Below, in pieces: positions 36,708 to 47,420 of a stretch of DNA of 64,000 bases (within the stretch, counting starts at the first letter, position 1; each line of letters opens with the position of its first letter). This DNA comes from Entomortierella parvispora E1425 (taxonomy: Eukaryota; Fungi; Mortierellomycota), in NCBI GenBank assembly GCA_020891255.1, contig BQFW01000002.1, positions 3,928,395 through 3,992,394 on the forward strand, given 5' to 3'. The position numbers and the translations under genes are program-made. Below the pieces are notes generated by a model, which ran no database searches, was not told where the DNA came from, and saw only the letters and a list, made by a program, of their open reading frames with translations.

Positions 36708-39067
36708 ATGAATCCTTCACCAACGAAGCGACCATTCCAGTTCGTTGAAAGCCTGTCTGTTCAAGAGATTGTTTTCGAATTCATCGGACAACTGGAGAGG
36801 CATCAGGTCCCATTATTAGCTGCCTTGCGAACTTTGTTCAATTCGACTCATCCAGGCACTGAAAAGGTGTTGACCTATTTCTATCGGGACGGCGGGGCAG
36901 CAGAGGTTGTCGGCATTTGGGCAGCAACGAACAAGGATAAATCATTCAACAAGGCTGTCACGGCCATCGTCGTCAAAAATGGAGGTGCAGAACTCAACCG
37001 TTTGTCCAAAGTTGAGGAACTTCGACATCCAGCAAACGCGATCGACCTCGACAAACTCCAAACATTCGAGCTTGACTTCATTCAACAACACATCGAGGCC
37101 TGCGCTCCAACTGTTCTTGAAGTTATAAAAGGACTTGCCTCTGTCAACAGCGTCAAGAAATCGGCTTCCACGATTGTGATGATATGTAGCGTTCTCCTCT
37201 TTCTTCGGAGCCAGAAGTCGAATCATTTCCAAATGATGATGGGCCTCTACCTTTACAGCTGTGGAAGTCCAAGTGCCGTGGTTCACCTTCTGTCCAAGGC
37301 TTCAATCTCTGTGTCGCACACCTCAGTTTTGCGTGCTCTCAAGGGTAGGTGTTTCTGAACCTCCCATGAATCGTACTTGAAAGCGCCTGTGCCATTGATA
37401 TTTTCGTAATCTTAACGATCGCTATAACGCTGCACGCACCATAGGAATGACGGATGCCGCGCTGGAGAAGATTCGTAAGGCTGTGGTTGACAAGCCTTGG
37501 TATCTTGTCTATGACAACATCAACTTTGCGAGTCGAAAATCGGACCAGCGGATCGACAATTCTGACTCATTTGAGAGTGGCACCATGGCTACAGTTGTGA
37601 TGATGGATGAGACGATTAGCCGTGATGATATCCGGCTATCATACCACCGACTTTGCCTCTCAGACCTCATACCTGGCGCTGACAGCTACGGGCACATGCA
37701 GGCTGTCACGGAGAACGCTCTACTAAAGGTTCTTGCTCGGTCATCCAAGGGCTATGATTGCTGCCGCAAGTCAGATCCAGCACGAGACAAACTAGCCACA
37801 GTGAAAACCGTCGCTCACCCATTGCCTTCAATGCATATTGATCAGTCAAGCGTCGCCGGAAACCTGGAGGTGCTCAATACCATTATGGAGAAGACGCTTC
37901 GACTACCTCAGGCGTGGTTCGACGACAATCGAAAAATCCTAGTTGCAGGCGACCAGCTTACCATCAGCAGGATCTCGACGGCAATGGAGTACAAGGCAGT
38001 CGATGTCTCACCATTTCATCGATTACAGTTCGCAATGCCTTGGTTACAGCTTTTTCATCTGGAGATGGCGTTCTGTGGCCTCATTCTCCAAACTCATTGG
38101 GGTTTAGCAATTCAGCCAGGGTCGTTACATTTCAACACAGTTTTTCTGAAGCGGAAGCGGGTCAGCCTGAAAGATTTTGATTTCCACGCTGCGCACGAAC
38201 TCCTGGAACACACATTTGAGGCGATCGTCATACGAGTTTGGGAAGTCTATCTCGTAGATCTACCAGTGGCTGCTGAAGGGATGAGCAGTGATCAGCTGCA
38301 GGAGATTGTAGCAGAGAAGGTCGGACACATTGTGAACGATCTCATATCGCCAGATCAAGATGAACTGCTTTATCACAGCCGTACAAACAGGAACATGGCC
38401 CTCCTTCTTCGACACCTGCTTTACTACTTCGAGCTCCGCGCAGCAATCAGAGCCGGCGACGTTGGCAGGATTGAGGAGTCGCTGAGATGGATCACGATCA
38501 TGTTTCAAAATGGCATCAACAATAACTATGCCCTGGAGCTGTTGCGTGTTCATTGTGCCATCCGATATACATTGACCCCCCGAAATGAAGAGAAGATTCA
38601 TGGCAACTTGGTTAGTTAACACTAAGGGCAAAGAAAATGGATGGATTCCGACCGACATGTATCAGGAACACAACAACAAAATAATGAAGGCTACCTTTGA
38701 GTTGAAAGGGAGCAACTCAAAGTGGGATACGCGAGAGTCATCGATATCGGTCAACATCCGCACCTTTGAGGCAATTAGGAAACAGTTTGACGAATGCTTC
38801 AATCGGACCCACAACTCAAGTTACCATTCAGCTGTCTCAGCAGAGAAGGATATAAATCAGCTCGTGTTGAAATTTCGCCAGTGCAATATTCTGAGCGAAG
38901 ATTTTAGTGCCGGGGACCCTGATTTCGAGATAGCTTTGGACAAGGATCTGTATGCCTGTGGCCTGGCACTCTTGGTTGAATCGAGAATTGATAATTTTAA
39001 AAAAACAGGGACATTAGATGACAACGAGGATGAGGATGAAGATGCTCCAGATGATCCTTTTCAATAA
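36708..39067 (+). CDS. DUF6589/Academ-type DDE transposase (~752 aa after repairing one +1 frameshift)
   Basis: Exons 36708-37344 and 37445-39067. Motifs: SQKSNHFQMMMGLYLYSCG, YDNINF, GDQLT, LFHLEMA, RAGDVGRI, NNYALELL, then WLVNTKG...IPTDMYQEHNN in the next frame. The frame switches at the C6 run 38576-38581. Confidence 0.85.
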
Positions 39068-39251
39068 ACTTACTGCTCTTGCCTCCGAGTAGAGGAGCAG
39101 GAAACTAATTAATGTTTATTGCGGGATTGCAGTGCTGAAGAGCTCTTCATACGAGGGCATAGTCAGTATGAACCGTGGGTCAGGGTACATTATGTTGGTT
39201 ATGGTACGTTGGTATCATGGGCTGACTACCCCATCTAATTGCTGATCTATG

Positions 39252-40799
39252 TCAGTGGTCCCAGCTTTCAGACATAAGCCGAGCCACCTCGGAACGAGTT
39301 TTCCGTACTGTATCCTGAACGAGATCAGAAAGCTCCTTGAAGTGGCTTGGTTTCCAAGGAGACCAACCGACGAGGGTTTCCTTCACGTCTTCTGCCCGTA
39401 AAATTCTGGGAGCTCTCTTGATAAGCTTCATAATGCAATCGTCGGATAGCAACACCTCGGGTTTGAACTGCAAGAAGGTGGTAAGAACAATCTCATCGTA
39501 AATCCCTTTACGCCATTTCTTTAGCGCCTTTCCTAGAGCAGCCCTCTCCTCGTAGTCAAGTAACTCGCCCTTGCGGATGGGTGGAAGAGGCTTGTTTCGG
39601 CGAGAGGTAAATGGTGGTAGTCCAGCAGCGTGATAATCCTTTTTACAAATATCGCAGCAGTTTTCGGCAATAACTCGGGGAGCATTGCGAAATATGTTGT
39701 TAAGAACCTGTCGACGACATGTCTTTGTCGCCAGGAATTCATTAAGCTGTACGTCCTCGTGCTTGGCATATTGTTGCTTGAGTGTACAGTATACAATGCC
39801 ATATCCTTGCATATCGGGGCTTCGCGCCGCACGTCCAAGTCGCTGAACAAGCGATAAGACAGAATCCGGAACTCCAAACTGTATAACACAATCAACATCA
39901 CTGATATCACAGCCCATTCCGACCGCGTCGGAAGCGAAAAGGACTCGAACTTCACCCCTCCTGAACTTCTCCATAGTGTCAGACTTGTATTCGTCAGACA
40001 AGATGGCAAAGTAACTTGCAAACTGGCCATTTGGTCCGGAGAGGTTGAGCAGGTGCTTATGTGCTTTGTGTAGATCCCGAATCAACTCAAAATAGACAAT
40101 GGTTTTCCTCTGGTCCGTCAGGAGAAATTCGAGAGTGATGGCCTGTGGTGAATGAGTCCGCATCACCATGAGCTTCACATTGGGCCTGTCATTGCCGGTA
40201 TTAATGACTGGGACATTGAGTGCAAGGTTGAGGGATGCCTTGACTGTATGAAGAACGTGTGGGGGCAGAGTGGCAGACATTGCTACGAAAGCAACATGAG
40301 GTGGGAGCCGAGGGCGTAATAGTCCGAGCTTTGAGTAGTTTTTCCTGAATTTTGCCCAGGTGTGGATGCAGTGGGCCTCATCAAGGACAACTGCACGTAG
40401 CTGATAGTGCCACCGTGGACTGGACCAGAGTTCCTCCACCAAGTCGTTCTCGAAAATGACTTCTGGTGTCATGAAAACTGCTCGGAAGACACCAGCGGCA
40501 AGCTTGGCAATTTCACCGGGATTGATTGACTGGTCTCCACCGCCTAAGAGGCATAGACTTCTAATACCAAGGCTTTCCAGTTTTCCATGCTGCTCCTTCA
40601 TGACAGCTCGCAACGGAGACACAATAACAATAACACCTCGGTCCCAGAACAACAACGGCAAGAAGAACACCAGCGACTTGCCCCAGCCGCATGCAGCAAT
40701 GAGAACAATGTCCTTTCCATGACCAATGGATTTCGTTACTTGCAACTGCTCGCTCTTTAGTCGGAACCCGAATTGATTCCCAGCAAAGCTCCATTGCAT
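39252..40799 (-). CDS. RecQ-like SF2 helicase encoded by the transposon (515 aa)
   Basis: AACGWGKS (I), MTPE, LDEAH (II), MSAT (III), FASDAVGMGCD (V), QRLGRAAR (VI), zinc module CRRQ...CCDIC, and a helical HRDC-like tail. Confidence 0.93.
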   Translation of the reverse strand: MQWSFAGNQFGFRLKSEQLQVTKSIGHGKDIVLIAACGWGKSLVFFLPLLFWDRGVIVIVSPLRAVMKEQHGKLESLGIRSLCLLGGGDQSINPGEIAKLAAGVFRAVFMTPEVIFENDLVEELWSSPRWHYQLRAVVLDEAHCIHTWAKFRKNYSKLGLLRPRLPPHVAFVAMSATLPPHVLHTVKASLNLALNVPVINTGNDRPNVKLMVMRTHSPQAITLEFLLTDQRKTIVYFELIRDLHKAHKHLLNLSGPNGQFASYFAILSDEYKSDTMEKFRRGEVRVLFASDAVGMGCDISDVDCVIQFGVPDSVLSLVQRLGRAARSPDMQGYGIVYCTLKQQYAKHEDVQLNEFLATKTCRRQVLNNIFRNAPRVIAENCCDICKKDYHAAGLPPFTSRRNKPLPPIRKGELLDYEERAALGKALKKWRKGIYDEIVLTTFLQFKPEVLLSDDCIMKLIKRAPRILRAEDVKETLVGWSPWKPSHFKELSDLVQDTVRKTRSEVARLMSESWDH

Positions 40800-40994
40800 T
40801 GTTGGGGATCTCCTGAATGTTGAAGGAGGGATTAACGTCGGAGGGATTTAATGTGTCCATTTGTCGCCTGGTCAATTGGTGCTACTTTTGTAAGAATTTA
40901 ATAAAAGAGGCTGATGGAAAATAATACTGTGAAAGACATGGAAGACAACGGATGGTATGGGAAGGAAAGAAAGGGAGGGAAAGAAAGGGAACAT

Positions 40995-41249
40995 AAGAAA
41001 ACGGAAGGCATGTCAGGAATGGGATGACATGTGGGGAAGGAATGTGACAAGGTGAATCGTTGGGAGGCGTTGTGATTCGACAACCGACAGCGATGTGACC
41101 CAGATCGACAAACCCTTAATGACAACCCTTAAGCACCTTCCTTTTATATTCATCCTATGTAAAGGGCCACATTTGCCGCCAGCCCCTCTACGAGGACATG
41201 ACCACCTGCGGCGGTCACGTGGTGAGGAGAGAGGGCTGGGTCGAGCCTA
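40995..41249 (-). repeat. Right terminal inverted repeat (255 bp)
   Basis: Partner of 34360-34614. Confidence 0.97.
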
Positions 41250-41258
41250 CTTGGGGGA
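41250..41258. repeat. Right 9-bp target-site duplication CTTGGGGGA
   Basis: Identical to 34351-34359. Confidence 0.93.
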
Positions 41259-41347
41259 CTGGTCCTTGATAGACCCTTAAGTTTTCTCCATAAGATCAGC
41301 CCCCGGAGGAGTTGGCTGAGTTCTCTCTTTCTCTATCTCCAATCAAA

Positions 41348-42313
41348 ATGGTTAGTCACGTGGAGTGCAATCCATCGCTGACCGGATCCACCCAGGATCG
41401 CCTGCCATCCATCCATTGCGACACCAGTGGCAACAAGCGAACCATCCGCATCGGCAGTACGATCCAGTTCAAGATCAGGAGTGGAAGCGCCAATATCATC
41501 ATCGACACCCAAGACCGACATGAACGAAAAGATGAAAATAGGATGTGACATGGAACAAGTCATCCAACACAGCCATGACACCCGACTTTGCATTGCGAAA
41601 AGGACCAACACAAATTTGAGGAATAAGAGCAGGATGGAGATCTCCTACCAGTCAGCACCATCATCAATTCATCAATCAATTTACTGGGAGCTCTTAATCC
41701 TTCAAAGGACAACAGCTCGAGGGAGAGCATGGCCGGCCCTAGACAGCGACACTTTGATTTCTTTTACGTCTGGAAGTTCCCATGGATGAATCGACAAAGT
41801 TTTTCAGATCCTTTGGTGGCAACACGGTGTCATGGATGCAATTAGTCTCAACGAACAGAACCTTCTTGGGCGAGCAACGCTACGACAAAATACTGATCAA
41901 CTGTCTTTGTCCCTGTCCATGTAGGCTAAGCGCACTAAGAAGGTCGGAGTTGTCGGTAAATACGGTGTCCGTTATGGTGCCTCGCTCCGTAAGCAGGTCA
42001 AGAAGATGGAAATCACCCAGCACAGCAAGTACACTTGCACTTTCTGCGGTCGTGTAAGTTTCTGCCTGCTTTCTTGGTTCTCAGAGCTACGTTGTATTAC
42101 GGAGCACCTCCCTTTTTTCCAGACATGAAACGCTTGCTCATACTATTTCCTTGTTGTTGTGAATAGGACGCCGTCAAGCGCCAGGCTGTTGGTATCTGGG
42201 GCTGCAAGGGATGCAAGAAGGTTATGGCTGGTGGTGCCTGGACTTTGTCCACCACTGCTGCCGCCACTGTCCGCTCCACCACCCGTCGTCTCCGCGAGAT
42301 CATGGAGGTTTAA
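41348..42313 (+). CDS. RPL43: 60S ribosomal protein eL43 (L43/L37a)
   Basis: ATG-only exon 41348-41350, 574-nt intron, then [43 protein letters not shown]|[16 protein letters not shown]...RRLREIMEV*. Confidence 0.97.
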
Positions 42314-42648
42314 GCATTTTCTTCATCCTGCTCACCCAGATGGAGAAGGGCTTTCGCAGCTTTTCTTTTACCAATAAAAAAACACAACCAAACGCAAACC
42401 CCCTCGTGATTGTTGTACAGTACAATACATCGCAATAGGCCACACACTAGGGGCTAGGATATGTTGCGTAGTCCAGAGACGATACACGGAAACACAGACC
42501 AAGGGGTCAGGAGCTCAGAGCCCATTGTCAACTTTTGCAATAAATAGTCGATGCGATGATGATGCTCTCTACCTTCTTTTATATATAATAGTGTCCAGCG
42601 GACACTCAAGAGTTTCCTAAAGTTCCCTCTCCATCCAACACATATCTA

Positions 42649-42999
42649 ATGAGATCACCTCATCTATCAAAGGTGAACAAAAGCCATCGCCGGTCCACTG
42701 TCGCCTTTGGACTCTGCAGCCTAGTCGCAATTTTGCTCTTGGTGATATATCCACTCTCCGTATCCAGCCTGCCTCTTGAGCGTCGTCGCAACCCTTTAAT
42801 TTCAGCCCACCTTGGAAATGGTCACGGACAGGGAGGTGGAGTATCGATTGGACTTGGTGGCCTCATTCACCTTCGCCAACCCCCGCCACCCTTTGTCCGT
42901 CGAAGCGAGCTGGGCCAAGAAGAAACAGCGGATAGTTTTGAGCCGGAATCGGGAATGCAGCCTCACACTACAATTCAGCACGATACAGCCCAGAAATGA
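42649..42999 (+). CDS. Small putative secreted/processed protein (116 aa)
   Basis: Hydrophobic segment VAFGLCSLVAILLLVIYPLSVSS, basic sites ERRR and VRR, and a Gly/His-rich core; no family recognised. Confidence 0.4.
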   Translation: MRSPHLSKVNKSHRRSTVAFGLCSLVAILLLVIYPLSVSSLPLERRRNPLISAHLGNGHGQGGGVSIGLGGLIHLRQPPPPFVRRSELGQEETADSFEPESGMQPHTTIQHDTAQK

Positions 43000-43207
43000 A
43001 TGGTAGCACAGGTGTGAACGCCCTGGTATACGCCAATGAGCGCCAATGTACGCCACCTTTCAATAAAATTAGGTCTGTATTTCGCAAATCGTCAAAAGGA
43101 GCAAACCTTTTCCAGACGGTTGTGCAAATTTAATAGAGAATATTTGTAGTTGTAAGAGAAATACACGAAGAAAGTCCAAACATGAGGATGCAAAAACGAC
43201 GTATCGA

Positions 43208-44295
43208 TTAGCAGCAACCCTGTACATACAAAAGAAAGAAGCGTTAGAGCGATTGCATTTTGCAGTATGAATATAACCTCATAGACCCTAATGTTTACCT
43301 CAAGACAGCAGCACAAGCAGGCACCAAGGGCACTATAGACAAAGAGAGCGGTCGGTTAGAAAAGAGTACAACTTTGAGTTTTGTTTTCTCCACCCTACAC
43401 AAACTTCTAGGGCGGCTCACTCGATCAAGGAGACAGCAGCAGGAACCACAACAGAAGTAAAGAGATCAGGGACTTCTCTCCCTGGGAACACATCAGCCCA
43501 CAATTCCCGTCTTCGAATTGATGCAAGGGAAGATGATAATCCCTCATGGAGACTCCAAGGGGTTCCTGTTCGTTGAAATATGCAAGCAACCCAGCAGCAA
43601 AGGTCGCTCACTTGATTGTCCAAGGTTTGGCTGCAAAACAGAGACAGCCCATACAGCTCAAGAACGCCAACTGTGCTTGTGTCACCACACTATCGCTCGC
43701 CTTCTTCAGTTTCCGCCACAGTTTCACCAGTCGTCAAAAAGTTTTAGGGAGAATGAAGGCAGAGTGGTGAAGCAATAGGTTGGTTCCAGGGGAGCGAAAC
43801 CTTTGGAGCCGCCTGCTGCCAACACTTGCAGAGCAAAAACGCTGTCCCAGAACCACGAATCTGCTTCTGTCCTCTCCTGATTCATGTGGGAATTGGAATG
43901 AGAGATGAAAGGCAAGAGCCGTGTCTTACCATCCGTAGCACATGTCGTCCTTGTTGCTTTGTTGAGGAGGGGCCTGCTGCTGGATGATCACGGGCTGGGG
44001 GGCGGCTGAAGGAACAAGGAGCGATAAAAAAGGGTCAGTCGTGGGGTTGCGTTTTGATGTGATAGGTGGGCCGGTGGAGAGACTGATTGTACTTACGCTG
44101 AGCGTAGTAGCCTTGCTGAGGCGATGGTGGGTAACCAGGCTGGCCATAGGCGGGTTGAGGAGCTCCGTACTGCTGAGGGGGGTAGCCGGGTTGGTAGGAG
44201 GCGGCCTGACCGTAAGCGGGTTGACCGTAGGCAGGTTGGGCCTGCTGGGGGTATTGAGGAGGCTGGGAAGCGTAGTAGCCCTTATCTTGCGACAT
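43208..44295 (-). CDS. CYSTM-family Pro/Gln/Tyr-rich, Cys-rich tail-anchored protein
   Basis: MSQDKGYYASQPPQYPQQ..., then spliced ...KDDMCYGC|ALGACLCCCLE|GCC*. The final exons at ~43332-43299 and ~43219-43208 were found by reading. Confidence 0.85.
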
Positions 44296-46304
44296 TGTTG
44301 ATTAGCGAGAGAGCGGAGCGGGGAGAGTGGGGGTGCAGGAGAGGGGAGTGGAAAAGGGAGGATGGAGTGGAATGAAAGAGAAGGATGAGTTTGAGGGATT
44401 CAAAAAAAAAAAAAAAAAAAAAGAGAGAAAAGAAGCAAGCAGCACCAGGAGGACCAGAAGGACCTGATTTGAGCCTGCGAGGCAACTGAGGCCTTTTTTC
44501 GTGTGGGCTGTCCGTTTCTTTGCGCAAAGTTGTGGATCGGATTGGCCGTCTATTTTTGAACCCGGGACGACGACAGGTCGAGCCGTGTGCCAAGAGGGAG
44601 GGATGGACGGCACAACAACAACAATTATCAGCCCCCCTTCCTCTTTGGTTCTGGTCTGCTCTGGTCCTCTCCTGGTCCCCCCCTCTTTGCTTCTCTGGTC
44701 CTCTCGTCCTCTGGACTTTCTCACTTTTGGGCTTGGCTCGCACGCCTCTCCTGTTTGCCCTTGTTGCAGTCGCTCTCGACTCGTTGGCTCACCCGCACCG
44801 CCCTCTTTGTCTGGACAAGACGCGAAGCTCTTACCTTCTTTCGCCATGTTGGGGTCACCCGTGATTCTACACTGTCCAGGAGCCAGCATGGAGTACAAAG
44901 TCGACCATGGTCCCATTTCCCTTTACTTTAGATATCGTGGCTCCGGCCTTCGCGGCTTCGGAAGATTTCGAGCCGATCACTGGTCTCCTGATTCAACTCA
45001 CGTTTCGATCCTGCGACCAGGACATGGACATTGTTGGACAAGAGAGAGAAGAGATCGTCCACCAAGAGCCAGACGCCACTCTCCCACCTGCGCGTTTAAC
45101 GTTATGAGGCAATGAAGCAACTCCCTACTGACATGTGTAGAACTACCTTTCTGGTCTATTCTATTCTATTCCCTACGACGAGCGGTCGATGCAGATCCTA
45201 ATCGCTTCTAGGTGTCATCAGTCCACGTCTTGGCTGTCAACTCTTGTATTCACACATTGTCCAAACGTGAAAGTTCACTTCAGGTTGCAGAGCGGACCTT
45301 TGTACTGACGATAGCTGGTATCGATTTACTTGATGTGGAGTCAGTAGGCGGTTTTTTCTTTCTTTTTTTGCGCAGGTGTGCTCACCGTTGACCGTAACCC
45401 GTTGTCTCTTCATTGCCCAGTCTCCGCCTGAGCAGCAGGGCTCAAGGTCTATTTTACTTCGAGTGCTACGAAGCCACATCCGCGAAGGAAAATCGACAAG
45501 TTTGTTTGCGATATCTCGATATTCCCAACTGCACAGCAAAAGTCATTTAGAAATTCTAGTCAACTTTCCCCAGACATGAAGCTCATAAACAAAACTACCG
45601 AGCATTCAAAAGCTCCAGAAGCAGGAAGGGTGTCGTGCAGCTTTTATGTAGGAACCGAAATCTGATGCAGAGGCAGGAGGCGGATTGCTATACACTATAC
45701 TACTCCTTTTAACTCCTTCTTTCCCTATTCGCCTCCACTACTGCCAAACCACCTGCGGTCTGATCAACTTGTCATGAGATTCAGCGGCTCTTGATCTCCA
45801 GATTTTCGCGAAGCAGTCGTCATGAATAGGAAACACCAGAAGCGCACTAAATGACACTGGACTTCAAGTCTTAAGCGACAATCGGCCATCTCAACAGCTA
45901 CATTAGACGACCAGTATCTGTCCTAACTCCTCACGAATGGCCCACCAAGGTTATGTTTGACAATTGCTGGATTTCTTTAAAAAAAAAAAGAAAAAAAAGA
46001 AATACATCAATGTGGACTTTTGACGCGCTTCACGTCAGCGTGCAGTGGAGCAGCGCCAGAGCGATGCAAAGGAATGGGTCACAGTGCCACCCCCTGTCTA
46101 TCCTCCTTCTCCTCCTCCTTCTCCTCCTCCTCCTCCTCTCTTCTTTCATTCATTCATTCTCTCTCTCTGCACCCAAAGCAGCCAGAGTTCTCATGAGGAC
46201 TTGATAGGCGGCAGATAGTAAGTTGGTGTATCGGTAAAGACGAGAGGAATAATGATGTGCAGTGTATTTCCATCGACCATTCGCTACTATTACTCGGCTT
46301 GTAT

Positions 46305-47420
46305 TCAGTAATCGTCATCAACGGCATCGAGTTCCTCGTTCAGCTCTTCGACAGCGACATCAGTGTTGGCAGCGATGCGGAGGCAGGCCTCAAGCGCGTT
46401 ACTAGATGCTACCACAGAGGAGAGACTCAATTGTGCGTAGTTCTTGACATCGTCCGTAGTACCAAGACGATTGACTTCCTCTCGGTATTGGTCCAGGATA
46501 TCTGCCACAAAGAAGGAGCGAGTTTTGAGCAAATCATCGTTGCTTGCAGGAATTGAAGCCTTGGATAGGTTCACTACTGCCTGGGCTCCAGAAACAGCAC
46601 GTTCCAGATTCTCAGGGGCATCGGCTGGCAGTTCAAATGGCTTAGACGCGACCTCGTCAACTGTTCCTCGGTATAAATCAGCAAGGAAACCGCATGAGGC
46701 GACACTGAATTGGTCTTCGATCTTGTTAGAGACGGAGCTGGCTGAATTGAAGCAAGCGACGGCTGCATCAAGAGCCTGCTGAATCGCGCTAAAGGGCCCT
46801 CCAATCAATTCGTCGGGGAGCAAGCCTGTGTATGAAAATACAATATGGAAGGCCTCCTCAAGAGCATGACTCGCGAGGTTGGCACCATGCAAACCACTTT
46901 GAATAGCAACAGCAACACTGGCTTCTGCAAGCTTAAAGCCCGACTTTGGGATTCCAATCAACAAATTAATAAATTGAGAGAATAGTGGGATATCGATCTG
47001 GCTTGCTCCCTCGAGCAACTTGTCGAAAAGGCTGCTGAGAACGGACATTGCTTGATAACACTTGCCGGTGCCCGATTGCACCGGTCCAGGTTTGGCAAAA
47101 GATTCCCACTCGCTCTTGAGTTGCTGCGACGGAATGGGTCTTGAGAGGAGAGCAGAGCGAAAATGAAGCTCACTGATCTTGTGCGTCAGTTCACTGTCCA
47201 GTAGAGCTCGCTCCTCAGGAGTAGGTCCCCGGCGCTCGTTCACTTCTAATACTCCTGGTTCCCAACATGATAACGGAGCACGAGTGGGTCAATTCAAACA
47301 AGTAGAATTGATTTCGGTGCGTGGAAAGGCAATTGAATGTAAATCAAATGTACCTTGCTGAGATTGAGCCATTGCCACAGAGGCGAAAGCCAGGCAAGCA
47401 ACGATGCGAAGAATCTTCAT
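46305..47420 (-). CDS. Secreted protein of unknown function (~340 aa)
   Basis: Exon 1 MKILRIVACLAFASVAMAQSQQ (signal peptide) splices in phase to GVLEVNERRGPTP..., continuing the 312-aa ORF 46305-47243. Confidence 0.75.

Larger units (their letters stand above)
34360..41249. mobile_element. AcademH-like DNA transposon, 6,890 bp (DDE transposase + RecQ-like helicase + zinc-finger cargo)
   Basis: 255-bp TIRs with 1 mismatch, termini TAGGCTCGA...TCGAGCCTA, a 9-bp TSD, and convergent DUF6589-type transposase and SF2 helicase genes. The superfamily call rests on recalled AcademH features. Confidence 0.9.

Noticed and set aside
39252-40799. Helicase as host SGS1/RecQ or a telomere-linked helicase
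   Set aside because: It lies between TIRs with a TSD, convergent with a transposase, and lacks the long N-terminus of Sgs1.
34248-41280. Duplicated peptide MTQIDKPLMTT... as LTRs or a duplicated gene
   Set aside because: The copies are inverted and coincide with the TIRs; the ORFs are incidental.
41333-41789. ORFs 41333-41611 (-) and 41427-41789 (+) as genes
   Set aside because: They lie in RPL43 intron 1 and have no recognisable motifs.
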